Source: Heteronotia binoei
Lineage: Eukaryota
Assembly: GCF_032191835.1 (NCBI RefSeq)
Contig: NC_083232.1
Coordinates: 682,001 to 746,000 of the forward strand
Length of the DNA stretch: 64,000 nucleotides
Direction of reading: 5' to 3'
The notes under the pieces were generated by a model. The model was not told the DNA's origin, did not search any database, and saw nothing but the letters and a program-made list of their open reading frames with translations. This document shows positions 35,001 through 46,500 of the stretch, piece by piece. Made by a program: the position numbers and the translations under genes. Each line of letters opens with the position of its first letter. Positions within the stretch are counted from its first letter, which is position 1.

Positions 35001-38000
35001 GGAGGATGAGGGAGCTGGCAGGGATGCTGGTCGGCCCCTCACTGCCTGTGCGAGGAGGCGGCACGAGGGAAGGCCTTGGCCTCCTTGTCTGGGGGTGCTC
35101 TAGGGCACTGCAACCTGCAGCTGGGCAAGGCTGCGCTGGCATCATGGCGGCTCTTCCTCCGCTTGCAGGTCCTCCGGCAGCCATGCCAGATTCTCCAACC
35201 TTCTCCGGGCTCCTGAGCGGCTGGCCAGGCCGCCTCCAGCCGTGCCGCTGCTCTTTGCACATGCCCTCTTCCCCCTGGGCCGGGCTGCCGTCTTACTGGC
35301 TGGCGTGGGGGCTACTTTCCGCAGCCGGGCCTTGTGCCAGCAGGTGGACGGCGATGTGCCGCTGGCGTGCGTCTCCCCGGTTGCAGAGAAACTGCCTCCC
35401 TTTGACTGGGCCACCTTCTGGAAGTTCCTGAGGCCGCAGCTGCTGGCGCTGACTGCAGCAGTCCTGGTGAGGCTCCTGCCCAGAGGGGCCAGAGGTTCCT
35501 GCTGACCCACCCCAGAGCCTCGCAGCCCTGCACGGGGGTTCGGGGCAGGAAGAAGGAGAGACAGCCTGCCAGGGAGAAGGGGAGGGCATTCCAGGGGCCC
35601 CCCGTGTCACCCACCCTCCTGAGCCCTTTCCTCCCTTCAGCTGGCCCTCGGAGTGGCGCTCCTCAATGTGCAGATCCCATTGGTGCTGGGTGATGTGGTC
35701 AACGTGGTGGCCCGCTACACGGATCTGGGAAATTACCTGCGTTTGGTGCAACGCCCTGCCATGCGCTTGCTGAGCATCTATGCCCTCCAGGTGGGTACCC
35801 ACTGGGGACGGGGAGGCCTTTTGTGGAGGGCTGGGGGCAAAGCTGCCTTTTTCCTGGCGGGGAGAGGGTCTCCTCCAGAGGTGGGATGTCCAACTGACCT
35901 GGTGTCTCTTCTCGCAACTTCCCCAGGGGGCGTTGACCTTTGGCTACATCGTGCTGCTTTCGCGCATCGGAGAGAATGTGGCCAATAATATGCGCAAGGA
36001 GCTTTTCAGCTCCTTGATCAGGTAAAGGGGGGCAACAGAATGCTTGGGGCGGCTCTCTTGTGCCACGTGTGATTGGCAGGACCAGGGGCTGCTGTAAGTG
36101 CGGTGGGGGGTGGGGCTTGAGAGATGCCTGGAAACTCACTGCTGGGTGTGGCGGGGGGGGGGGGAGACGTGTACATTCTGCTTGCCATCCGCTCCAGCTG
36201 CAGCCCTGGCGCAGTCGAAGAGGGCCTGACTGACCCTCCCCCTTGTCCTGCCCCACAGGCAGGACGTGGCGTTCTTTGATGCCAACCGGACAGGGCAGCT
36301 GGTGCATCGCCTGACCTCGGACATCCAGGAGTTCAAGTCCTCCTTCAAGATGGTCATCTCTCAGGTGGGCGGAAGGGAGGAGCCGGCAAGATGGAGGCTG
36401 GGCTCCTCAGGGGGAAGGTGGAGGGAGGAGGGCCTTGCTGAGTCTCTCCCCCCCGCTGCACCCTGCAGGGCCTGCGCAGCACCACCCAGACTGCTGGCTG
36501 TTTAATGTCTCTCTACTGGATCTCGCCCAAGCTGACCGGGCTGCTGGTGCTGGTGATGCCCACGCTGGTGGGGGCCGGGACGCTCATTGGCTCCTTTCTG
36601 CGCAAGCTTTCCCGCGAGGCTCAAGAGCAGGTAGGAGAGGCCAGGAATGCGGCACCCACTTGTGCTCCCCGGACTAACGTTTGCCAGACTTGTGGAAGGG
36701 CCTTGCAGGCCCCGCTCCCCTTTGTGACATTGCCTGACCTGCTCAGCACCCCCCCCCCCCCGTCACAGTGCACAGACAAGGTCACCTCCTCAGACTCAGG
36801 GCTGGAATTTCTCCAAGATGCTGGCTTCTGGGTGTGCCCCGGGAAGGTGCTGCAGGGAAACTGAAATTCCAGAGTGACTTTCCAGCCTGCAGGGGAGTTT
36901 CCAAGAATTATAGGGGGGTGGTGTTCAGGCTGGCTTTTCTGCGGCTTGCCTGTGGCTGAGGAGGGGGTGATGCTGAGCTGAGGCAGGGTCTGCTAGGAGC
37001 CCTGGGAGGCATCGGGGCTGGGGTGACCCCTAGCCAGAGGCCCTCTGCTGGCCCTGCTGTGATTCTCCCTTGCCTCCGTTGGGCGCAGGTGGCCAAGGCC
37101 ACAGCAGTGGCAGATGAGGCCCTGAACAACGTCCGGACGGTGCGCGCCTTTGCCATGGAGGACAGAGAGATGCAGTGAGTATGGCGGAGGAGGCTTCTCA
37201 GCACTTCCCCCTCAGGGCTGGGGGTCTAGGGTCACTGGGCTACACACTCTCCCCGCTGCTGCTTTTAGGAGGCAGAAGGCAGCTGGTGGTGGCATTAGAG
37301 TTGGGGTGAAGGGCTGCGCATGTGTCCCCATGGCATGTCGCATGTCCGTGAGATTCACTTTCCATCAGTGGGGCTGCTGCCTTCACTGTGACTCGACTGG
37401 CTGGCCTTGTGCTCCCAGGGGAACCACTGAGGCGCCCTCCAAACACGCCTTGGAGCACATTTCCAGAGACCCTCTGTGAGTGGGGGTGGGCCTCCCCTGC
37501 TCCTCCACTTGCTCTCGGTTGGCCGCCTAGAGCCCCACTGCCCGGGTTTTCAGAGGCCCGGCTTGTGCACCATCCACCGCTCCGGCTCTGCCTGTGTCTG
37601 GCTTGCTTGGGGGCAGCTCACAGCCCCATCCTTTCCCTGCTCACTGTGATGTTCCCAAAATGGCCACCAATCAGCTCTCCCGCTTCTCCCGTCACAGGCA
37701 GTACTCCGCTGAGGTGGATCACTCCGGCTGCCTCAACATGAACCTGGGCGTGGGCATCGCGGCCTTTCAGGGGCTCTCCAATTTGGCACTGAACTGTGAG
37801 TGGAAGCAGAGCTCTGCTGCTCCCCCCCCCCCGTGACTTGGGGCTCCGCTCCCCTGCCCAGAGTGGCTGCTGCACCCCAGCCCTGCAGTGACGGCTCTTC
37901 CCGAGGGCCTGAAGTGCCTGGCTGGCTGCGGTGAGGCCTGAGGCCGTTGTGCAGAGAAGCCCCAGGGGCCGGGAGGGAGGGCCTGTTCCTCTCTGGGCCC

Positions 38001-41000
38001 TGAGAGCCCTCCCGACCAGCTGTGCCTTCTCCCCTCCCCTCCTGGCTGTGGCGGGTGAGGGTCAGAGGCATCCCTGGTTGGAGCTGGGCTGCTGAGCCCC
38101 TCCTCTGCCCCCCCATCGCCCGAGGAGCCCTGAGCCCCTTGACTTTGCCCCAGCCTTCGGAGAGCAGCTGTAGCATCGGAGTGGGCGGGAGGGAGGCAGC
38201 TTATTCGGGGATTCTCCCCCCTCCCTTTGGGTGAGGGAGACCACTTCCAGGCCCGCCTGTCAGGGCTGAAATGTTCCAGTGTTTCTCCAGCTGAGCTGCT
38301 TCATCCCCCCAGTCCTCCCATTCCTGGCACTGTTTCTCTGACACAGCTGCCTTCTCTCCACCCCCCCCCCTTCCTAGGTATCGTGCTGGGCACTCTGTTT
38401 GTGGGGGGCTCCCTCATGGCTGGGGAAGAGCTGAGCCCCGGAGATCTGATGTCCTTCCTGGTTTCCACGCAGACAGTGCAGAGGTAAGGCTGCAGCGAGC
38501 ACCTCCTGCGCAGGAGAGGCCCCAGAGCCCCGGTGCCCCCTTCAAGGCCCTTTGCTTCTCTTCCTGCAGGTCCTTGGCCAACATGTCCGTTCTGTTTGGG
38601 CAGGTAAGTGGGCCCAGGGGAGGGGTGAGCATGCAGACACCCCTCTTCCTTCCTAGGGGAGCAGAAGGCTTGAGTGTGGCACGGTGGTTAAGAGCATCAA
38701 AGTAGTATCAGGGCGACTGAGGTCTGAATTCCAACTCGTGCCATGAAAGCGTACTTGGTGACCTGGAGCCGGTCACGTTTTTTCAGCCTAGCCTCCCTCA
38801 CTGGGTCGTTGTGAGGATTAAAAGGAGAGGAGGCCAGCTGCTGCTTTGGGGTCCCCACTGGGAAGAGGGGGGGTAAGAAGAGGAGATTGGATTTATACCC
38901 CGCCCTTCGCTACCCAAAGGAATCTTAAAGCAGCTTAAAAAACTCCTTCTCCCCTCCCCACAACAGACACCCTGTGAAGTGGGTGGGGCTGAGAGAGCTC
39001 TCCCAGAAGCTGTCCTTTCAAAGACAGCTCTTAGAGAGCTATAGCCATTCCAGGAGGTGCAAGTGAGGAGTGGGGAGATCAAACCCAGTTCTCCCAGATA
39101 AGAGTCCACACACTTCACTACTACACCCAACTGGCTCTTTATTAGAGCTAGGGCTGACCCAAGGCCATTCCAGCAGCTGCAAGTGGAGGAGTGGGGAATC
39201 AAACCCGGTTCTCCCAGATAAGAGTCTGCACACTTCATCACTACACCCAACTGGCTCTCTTCCAGAGCTCTGGCTGACCCAAGGCCATTCCAGCAGGTGC
39301 AAGTGGAGGAGTGGGGAATCAAACCCAGTTCTCCCAGATAAGAGTCCTGCACTTCAGCACGACACCAAACTGATTTATTAACTGGACTTGGTGTGCAGTG
39401 GGAGGAAGTGTTCTCTGCAGCCTGGACGTGGAGGGGCATGTTTCCTTCTCTGGAGGAAAGAAAGGGGCTCAGGTGTGTCTCGAGCCTCTCCCTCCCTCCC
39501 TCAAGTGTGGCCATCCACTCCCTCCAGGTGGTGCGGGGAATGAGTGCTGGGGCCCGTGTCTTTGAATACATGACTCTGATGCCACAGACCCCCTTGTGTG
39601 GAGGGCAGAGGCTGGCACGCAACTCCCTGCAGGGGCACATTCAGTTCCAAGACGTCTGCTTCAGGTGAGATGCCGCCCACTCCCCCCCGCCCCAGCAGGG
39701 GCACAAGGATCACTGCCCCCCTCCCCCCCCCAGCCAGTTGCATGCCCAGGGCAGGAAGAGCCTAAAAGGTGCACGAGGCCTTAAAAAGAAACCTGCATTT
39801 GTTTCCGTATCCAATTATGTTGCTTCTGCTTAGTGAGGATGGGAGGGCCTAGAGCTGGGAGCTCTCTGCGTTTCCCCTTCGCTTCCCCCGCTTTGGAGGT
39901 CTCACCCACCAGCAGAGTTGCCCAGGATGCCAAATGCATGGCCGGTCCCTTTATGCCCTCCCTGTGGGCAGGATCCTCAGAGGCCTTCCTACACATGGCT
40001 CACTGCTCTGCTTCCCATCCAACAAGCATCCAGCTTCCCCCCCCCCCATATCCTTTCCCCAATGCCAGTTACCCAACTCGGCCGGGATACCAGGTGCTGC
40101 GAGACTTCTGCCTCTCCGTCCCCCCCAACAAGACGGTGGCCATCGTGGGAGAATCTGGAGGAGGTAAGCCCCGGCCCCAGCCTGGCAAAGGCAACAGCAA
40201 ATGGGGTGTGGTTCAGATGGCTGAGTTTGGGAGGGGGGGGCTGTTAACACAGCTTAGATGGCTCTAAGGCCGCCTTTGAGGTCTCTTTGATGCTCTAGAG
40301 CAGGGGGTCAAACTCATTCGTTATGAAGGCCAGATCTGACATAAATGAGACCTTGTTCGGCCGGGCCATGTGTGGACCTATTGAAGATTTAAACTTTATA
40401 AAGGACACGTGCAAACACAATTCAATATATACTTTTTAAAAACTTAAAACATTAGCACTTGTAGGTTTTAAAGGTGCTTTCTTTGTATTTCTCCCATGGG
40501 ATCCGGGGAACTGGGCAAAGGGAGCTCTGGCTCTTTCCTTCCTTCCCCAGGGGACTGGGAAGGGGAGGAGCCTCAGCCAATAGAAGGAAGAGAGGCTTGG
40601 CTCAGTAGCTCTGCTGTGCAATTGAGAGAACCTGGAAAAACAAGCTCTGCCTTCCCTTCCTTCCCAAGGGAGGAGCCTCAGCCAATGGAAAAAATAGAGG
40701 TTTTGCTCTGTAGCTCCTGTGCGATTGAGCAAGCCTTGCAAAGCAAGCTGTTCTGCAGAAGGAAGCAAGAGGGAGGGAGAAGGAAGCAGATAACAGCCAG
40801 TTGCTCAGTTGCCTGAATCAGCCCCTGGACCACGTTTGTCACTCCTGCTAGAGTACTGCAAAGCGTTTGCGGTCTCATCCCCCACCCCTGCACATGCGCA
40901 CACTGGGTGTGTTTTGTGAAGCTGAAAGGCACCTGGGCCTCTTTTATCCCAAGAACTGCTGGAAAGAGCAGCAAAGCTCCCCCCCTCCTCCTGCCAGCCC

Positions 41001-43148
41001 ATCACACCTTTGGAGAAAAGTGGGTGGGAACTGGAGCCCTCCCTCTGGGGGAGCCGGAATGTGCTTACACTGAAGCTCCTGGTCGGGCTGCCGGCAGAAT
41101 CCCACTGGATCCCAGGCTCCTTTCAGCCCGGCCACTCCTCCCTCGGGACCCCCGTGTCAGACTCTTTCTCTGCCGCAGGGAAGTCCACAGTGGCTGCGCT
41201 CCTGGAGCGGTTCTATGAGCCCACAGCGGGCACCATCTCCCTGGACGGGCAGGACATCAGCACTCTGGACCCTTCCTGGCTGCGGGGCGAGGTCATCGGC
41301 TTCATCAACCAGGTGAGGAATCTGGACTCTCCCGGCGGGGAGGGGAGGGGAGGGGGGCGCAGCTGCCAAAGCAGACTGAAGTAAGCAGCTCCTGGGCCCA
41401 CCTGGAGTTAAACGAAGGGACTTTCCACTGGGAAAGGGCATGACGGAGACTGGTCTCGATGGCTTTGAAGGAGCTGGGAATATTCACAACTTGGAGCGCC
41501 TGACAGGAAAGCACTTGGGAAAAGTCTGTGTAGGAGCAGCAGCTTCAGACTCTGGGCCGCCGGAGCTGGCAGGAGGGCAGGACACCTCGGCCTTGAGGTG
41601 CGAGAGGTGACTGCGTCCCTCGTCTCTGTGCTCCTTAGACCTGGCATCGCAGGGCAGCTGTTGCGGGAGGTGATGTGTGGCCCGAGGACTGCCTGTTCTC
41701 CCCGGGAGGAGGTGGGGAAGGTGCAAGTGCCCCCTTGTCCCTGGGACTGGAGCTCCGTCCTGGTTCTGAGGCCTCCCTCCTTCTGCCCCCCCCCCAGGAG
41801 CCAGTGCTCTTCAGCACCTCCATCATGGAGAATATCCGCTTTGGCAAGCCGAGTGCATCGGATGCTGAAGTCTACGCTGCTGCTTGCCTGGCCAATGCTG
41901 ACTGCTTTATCCGCAGCTTTCCTGAGGGGTACAACACCGTGGTGGGTCAGTGAGATGGGCGGGGCTTGTGGGGGAGGAGGTGTCCCAGCACGGGGATTCT
42001 GAGAGCAGGCATTTGGGGAGGAAGGCTTTCTGACCCATGGGAGGCTCTGTAAGCTCCGGCCATATCTCTGCAGGCCGCCTCCCCCCCCCCCCAAAGGCTT
42101 GTCATCTGATAAGGTCACAGTCTCTGCAGAGACAAAAAAGGGGGGGTCGCCACTTGCTGACTTTCTGCTGGGAAAGGGCCATTTTATTTTCTTTTTGGAG
42201 CACTGCCCCAACACCACGTGTGTGACGGAGCAGAGCCCTCCCTGCTGTTACCGGAGCGGTGGGAGGGGAGGGGTCTTCTGGCGAGGGACCCCCGAGCTGG
42301 GGCGGGAGAACCGGAGGGGTGTTCTGAGCTCGGTGCCCGTTGCAGGGGAGCGCGGGGTGACGCTGTCGGGCGGGCAGAAGCAGCGGGTGGCGATTGCTCG
42401 GGCGCTGCTGAAGGAGCCGGCGGTGCTGGTGCTGGACGAGGCGACGAGCGCGCTGGACGCGGAGGCGGAGCGGCTGGTGCAGGAGGCGCTGGAGCGGGCA
42501 GGGGCCGGCCGCACCGTCCTCCTCATCGCCCACCGCCTGAGCACCGTGCAGGGCGCGGACCTCATCGTGGTGCTGGCCCAGGGCCGCGTGGCCGAGGTGA
42601 GCCGGGGACAGGGGGCGGGGGGGGGGAGCTCCAGTCTCGAGGGGGCGGGCCTGGCGGAGGGGGGGTGGACCCAGCCTCGAGGAGGCGGGCCTGGGCGAGG
42701 GGGGGAGCCCCAGCCTCGAGGGGGCGGGCCTGGCGGGGGGGCAGCCCCAGCCTCGAGGGGGCGGCCCTGGCGGAGGGGGGGGAGCCCCAGCCTCGAGGGG
42801 GCGGGCCTGGGCGAGGGGGGGGAGCCCCAGCCTCGAGGGGGCGGGCCTGGCGGGGGGGGCAGCCCCAGCCTCGAGGGGGCGGGCCTGGCGGAGGGGGGCA
42901 GCCCCAGCCTCGAGGGGGCGGGCCTGGGCGGGGGGGGGCAGCCCCAGCCTCGAGGGGGCGGGCCTGGGCGGGGGGGGCAGCCCCAGCCTCGAAGGAGCGG
43001 GCAGCTGACGCCGCCTCTCCTCCTCCCCCCCCCCCCGCAGGCGGGGAGCCACGCGGAGCTGCTGAGCCGGGGCGGCCTCTACGCCGAGCTGATCCGTTGC
43101 CAGACCACGAGGGACGCCGCCGCCCCCAATAAACCACTCCTCCAATAA
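31859..43148 (+). CDS. ABCB8: Mitochondrial ABC half-transporter ABCB8 (mitoSUR), 16 exons, 698 aa
   Basis: Exons 31859-31947, 35169-35466, 35641-35790, 35927-36021, 36259-36364, 36469-36630, 37089-37174, 37698-37795, 38378-38483, 38570-38603, 39528-39664, 40069-40163, 41179-41312, 41798-41945, 42346-42596, 43041-43148 (2097 nt, in frame). Arg/Leu-rich mitochondrial presequence, Walker A GESGGGKST, signature LSGGQKQR, Walker [14 protein letters not shown]-loop IAHRL, and ABCB8-typical [16 protein letters not shown]. Confidence 0.96.
32101..32615. mobile_element. hAT-type MITE (TAGGGTTGCCA end)
   Basis: TAGGGTTGCCAAGTCC at 32101; degenerate right end CTGGGGATTGGGAAGCCTA. Confidence 0.55.
33540..34205 (+). 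mobile_element. L2-clade LINE RT and 3' fragment
   Basis: [35 protein letters not shown]. Confidence 0.72.
38880..39375 (-). mobile_element. tRNA-derived SINE, family B, with triplicated 120-bp head
   Basis: GCCATTCCAG...GGGAGAACTG/ACC...CTACACC unit starts at 39044, 39164, 39284. Confidence 0.82.
40301..40847. mobile_element. hAT-Charlie-type MITE
   Basis: CTCTAGAG|CAGGGGGTCAAAC ... GTTTGTCACTCCTG|CTAGAG; TCTAGA target preference and partial TSD. Confidence 0.65.
42625..42995. repeat. GC-rich minisatellite (10 units of 37-40 bp) in the last ABCB8 intron
   Basis: Unit about CCCCAGCCTCGAGGGGGCGGGCCTGGCGG(G)n; CTCGA cores at 42636, 42676, 42715, 42752, 42792, 42832, 42870, 42909, 42949, 42988. 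Confidence 0.92.
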
Positions 43149-43149
43149 A
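43128..43149 (+). terminator. Two ABCB8 AATAAA signals inside or overlapping the coding end
   Basis: AATAAA at 43128-43133 (codons Asn-Lys) and 43144-43149 (overlapping the TAA stop at 43146-43148). Confidence 0.55.
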
Positions 43150-43714
43150 CCACGCCTCTCCTCCCCTAAGCCACGCCTCCGCCTCCTTCCTACAACTCCC
43201 GGCCTGCTCCGGCTCTTAAAGGGCCCGCGGAGCGTGACTCCGGCGCCGCCCCCCCCTCGCGCTCCGGGAGGACGAGGAGGCGGCGGCCCAGCCCCGCGGC
43301 AGGAGGGCAGGCAGGGAGGGTGGAGCAGAGGGCGTCGGGGGTGCGGGGCGTCCTCTCTCCCTCGGGGGTGGCGGGGCTGCCCAGCCCGGGAGCGGGCGGA
43401 GAACAAAGGGCGGGCGGGGGGTCACCTCGGGAGGGGGAGGCGGGCCGCACTTGTCCTTCGGCGGGGGGGGGGGGCATCGCGTCCTGCTCGTCCAGCTGCC
43501 AACCTGCCGGGGGGGGGGCGGTCTGTGCCAGTCGGGGCCCTGGCGGGTGAAGCCCGGAGTTGCCGCCGCCGCCCCCCGACGAGGGCTTGACTGCTCGGCC
43601 TGCCTGCCTGCCTGCCACGGGGGCCGCGGATCCTCCATCGCTCCGGCATGGCCGAGGGGCTGCAGCCGCCGGACGACGGGGCCCTGGGGACTTGCGGGCC
43701 TCCAGCCCCCCTGG
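43150..43714 (+). promoter_or_regulatory. CpG-island promoter and candidate first exon of the downstream KRAB-Harbinger gene
   Basis: CpG-rich; CCACGCCT GC-box-like motifs; TTAAA at 43216; ATG in good Kozak context (GGCATGG) at 43648 encoding MAEGLQPPDDGALGTCGPPAPL; strong donor G|GTGAGG after 43714. Confidence 0.55.
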
Positions 43715-44555
43715 GTGAGGAACCCCTTGCCCTTCCCTGCCCTCTTGCCCCGGGGCGCCCCCCTCCTCCAACCCCTCCTGCAGCCCCGGCCTCTGAGCTA
43801 GAGGGGAGGGGCGGGATGGAGCACAGCGAGCTGGAAGGGACCTCCGGGGTCATCGAGGCCACCCCACCCCCAGTGACCCCCCGCTCCATGCCCAGAAGAG
43901 GGCAAAACTCTCCAGGGTCCCCGGCCTGAAGAAAAACGGCTGCCTGACCCCCAGGAAGCAATTGGCTCTTTCTTGGGGCTGTAAGAACGAAGCCCTGCCC
44001 AGTTCACAGAATGAGCCTTGCTGTCAGGCAGAGGAGGAAGCCTGCTCTCTCCTGGGGCTTCAGTGGTGCTTTCGGGCCAGCTGCTCTGCAGACCACTGCC
44101 AGCGACTTGGCTGCTGCGCTCTCGGAAGTCTTGAGGGGTCTGCAAAGCGAGCTGGCCTGTGGGGGCTCCAGGGGAGGGGGGGGAGAGGGAGGGTGTTTCT
44201 CTGGGGCCATCACCCCAAAGGGAATGAGCCCCCAGCTAAGGGTCAGGCTCAGTTGGTTCTGGCCCTGCCCTGCCCAGCGTGTCTCTGTGGCAGGAGCCCA
44301 GCCCAAGGCTGCCTAACCCTGGAAGACCCCCAGGCACCTAGAATACAGAGCACCCCTGCCCCAGACAGAGAGCTCCAGCAATACCCTGTGCCTCAAAGCC
44401 ACTGATGGACATCTGGAGCAGAGGGTATTGATGGGACTCTGTCTAGGGCAGGGGTGCTCTGTATTCTGGGTGCCTGGGGGGCACAGTGGGAGGGCTTCTT
44501 GTGTCCTCGCCCCACTAATGGGCCTCCTGATAGCACCTGGGTTTTCTGGCCCCTG

Positions 44556-45172
44556 TGTGACACAGTGTTGGACTGGATGGGGATTGGCCTGATCCAACAG
44601 GGCTTCTCTTATGTGACACAAAGTGTTGGACTGGATGGCCCACTGGCCTGATCCAACAGGGCTTCTCTTCTGTTCTTATGTGACACAGAGTGTTGGACTG
44701 GATGGGCCAGTGACACAGTGTTGGACTGGATGGGCCATTGGCCTGATCCAACAGGGCTTCTCGTCTGTGCTTAAGTGACACAGAGTGTTGGTCTGGATGG
44801 GCCATTGGCCTGATCCAACAGGGCTTCTCTTATGTTCTTATGTGAAACAGAGTGTTGGACTGGAGGGGCCATTGGCCTTATCCAACAGGGCTTCTCGTCT
44901 GTTCTTAAGTGATACAGAGTGTTGGACTGGAGGGGCCATTGGCCTGATCCAACCTGGCTTCTCTTATGTTCTTATGTGAAACAGAGTGTTGGACTGGATG
45001 GGCCACTGGCCTGATCCAACAGGGCTTCTCTTCTGTTCTTATGTGACACAGAGTGTTGGACTGGAGGGGCCACTGGCCTGATCCAACAGGGCTTCTCTTC
45101 TGTTCTTATGTGACACAGAGTGTTGGACTGGAGGGGCCACTGGCCTGATCCAACATGGCTTCCCTTCTGTTC
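44556..45172 (+). repeat. Tandem array of 10 copies (67-bp unit, one partial) of a CR1-type LINE 3' end
   Basis: Unit GTGACACAGAGTGTTGGACTGGATGGGCCATTGGCCTGATCCAACAGGGCTTCTCTTCTGTTCTTAT. Starts at 44556, 44613, 44680 (partial), 44710, 44775, 44842, 44909, 44976, 45043, 45110. Single copies of the same end at about 4720-4790 (+) and 57424-57480 (-). Confidence 0.9.
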
Positions 45173-45584
45173 ATCACTCTTGTGGAGTCTGGCCCTGCTC
45201 TCTTGCCCTCCAGGGGCACTGCTGCCATCAGCCCATTCCCTCCACAACCAATGCCCCCCCCTCCTGGCTGGCCCTTCAATCTTCCTTGCAGACTCCTGGC
45301 TTGCACTGTCTGGGAGGAGGTGAGAAACTGAGGAAGGCAGAAGTGCCTCCCACCCCAAGGGGTAATGACTGCTCCTTTCTTGGGAGGCTGCCTGCAGGTC
45401 AGGGAGTGGCTGAAAGCTGGCCGTGGTGCACCCTTCCCGCCCCCCCCACACACCCCTGATTCCAGAGAATTGCCCACTGACTCTCTCTGTGCCGTTTCCC
45501 TGAAAAGTGGAATGTTGAATCTTTGCTTAGGTCTGTGAGCACCAGGGCATCAGCACCTGGCCCAATGTGTTCTGAACTCTCTGC

Positions 45585-45830
45585 TCACAACCTGAGTTCG
45601 ATCCCGGCAGAAATTGGGTTCAGGTAGCCGGCCCAAGGTAGACTCAGCCTTCCATCCTTCCGAGGTCGGTCAAAGGAGTCCCCACCTTGCTGGGGGGAAA
45701 GCGTAGAGGACTGGGGAAGGCAGTGGCAAACCACCCCGTAAAAAGTCTGCCGTGAAAACACTGTGAAAGCAACTTCACCGCAGAGTCGGAAAGGACTGGT
45801 GCTTGCACAGGGGACCTTCCCTTTCCTTTC
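45585..45830 (+). mobile_element. Sauria SINE (Squam1-like)
   Basis: GAGTTCGATCCC B box; GACTCAGCCTTCCATCCTTCCGAGGTCGG; GTGGCAAACCACCCCGTAAAAAGTCTGCCGTGAAAAC...GACTGGTGCTTGCACAGGG. Confidence 0.75.
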
Positions 45831-46374
45831 AGGGGTGGGGGGGGGGCTTAGTCAGGGCAAAACACCCAGGGACAAAGCCAAGAGAAACGGCAGCTGAATC
45901 CACACATCCCGTTGTTTTGGTGGGATGAGTCAGCCACACGCCTCCCTCTCCCACGTGGCTCCTGTTTTGGGAGGCTGGCCTGACGGGCTGGGAGGCAAAG
46001 ATCTGGGTGACTCACCTGCAGTTTCACACCTCCGTGGAGTGGAGTGTGTCATGTGCGACCTCGCCCTGGCTGTGGGAACGCGGAGGAGGAGGAGGAGGCA
46101 GCCAGACAGGTAAGCAGGAGTGGGCTGCTGGGGTGGAGAGAGGGGCTGGAAACAGGTGAGGCAAGCGGCGACCCGGAGGGTGCAGGGGGAAAGAGAAACG
46201 GGCTCCTGGATGAAGCGGGGTGGGGCCTTCTGGCTCCTTGGACCTCTGCCCACCCTCTCCTCTTCAATAAGGGCCCCCAACCTCTGTGTGGTCTGAAAGT
46301 CAGAACAATGCCTTGTTTTGGGGCTTGAATTCAGCCGTGGCTCATCTGGCAGCCCTATAAGTGCTGCTCTCAAT

Positions 46375-46500
46375 AGGGTTGCCAACTGCCTGGAGGGAAA
46401 AGTGTCCCTTTAATGGAGGCTTGATGGGATGTGGTTCGCCTGCTCATGAGCCTCTATGGAAGGAAGAGGGCATCTTTCTCCAGACTTGTTGGCAACCCTG
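46375..46500. mobile_element. Short hAT-type MITE
   Basis: TAGGGTTGCCAAC ... GTTGGCAACCCTG terminal inverted repeats. Confidence 0.7.

Noticed and set aside
40048-40056. Second U12 donor-like ATATCCTTT in ABCB8
   Set aside because: It lies in the pyrimidine tract of a normal GT-AG intron; flanking exons already join in frame.
42099-43406. Long ORFs of 300-434 aa on both strands
   Set aside because: Shadows of the GC-rich VNTR and CpG island; only the two ABCB8 exons have homology and splice support.
44556-45172. CRISPR-like repeat array
   Set aside because: Units are contiguous with no unique spacers, match a LINE 3' end, and the context is vertebrate.
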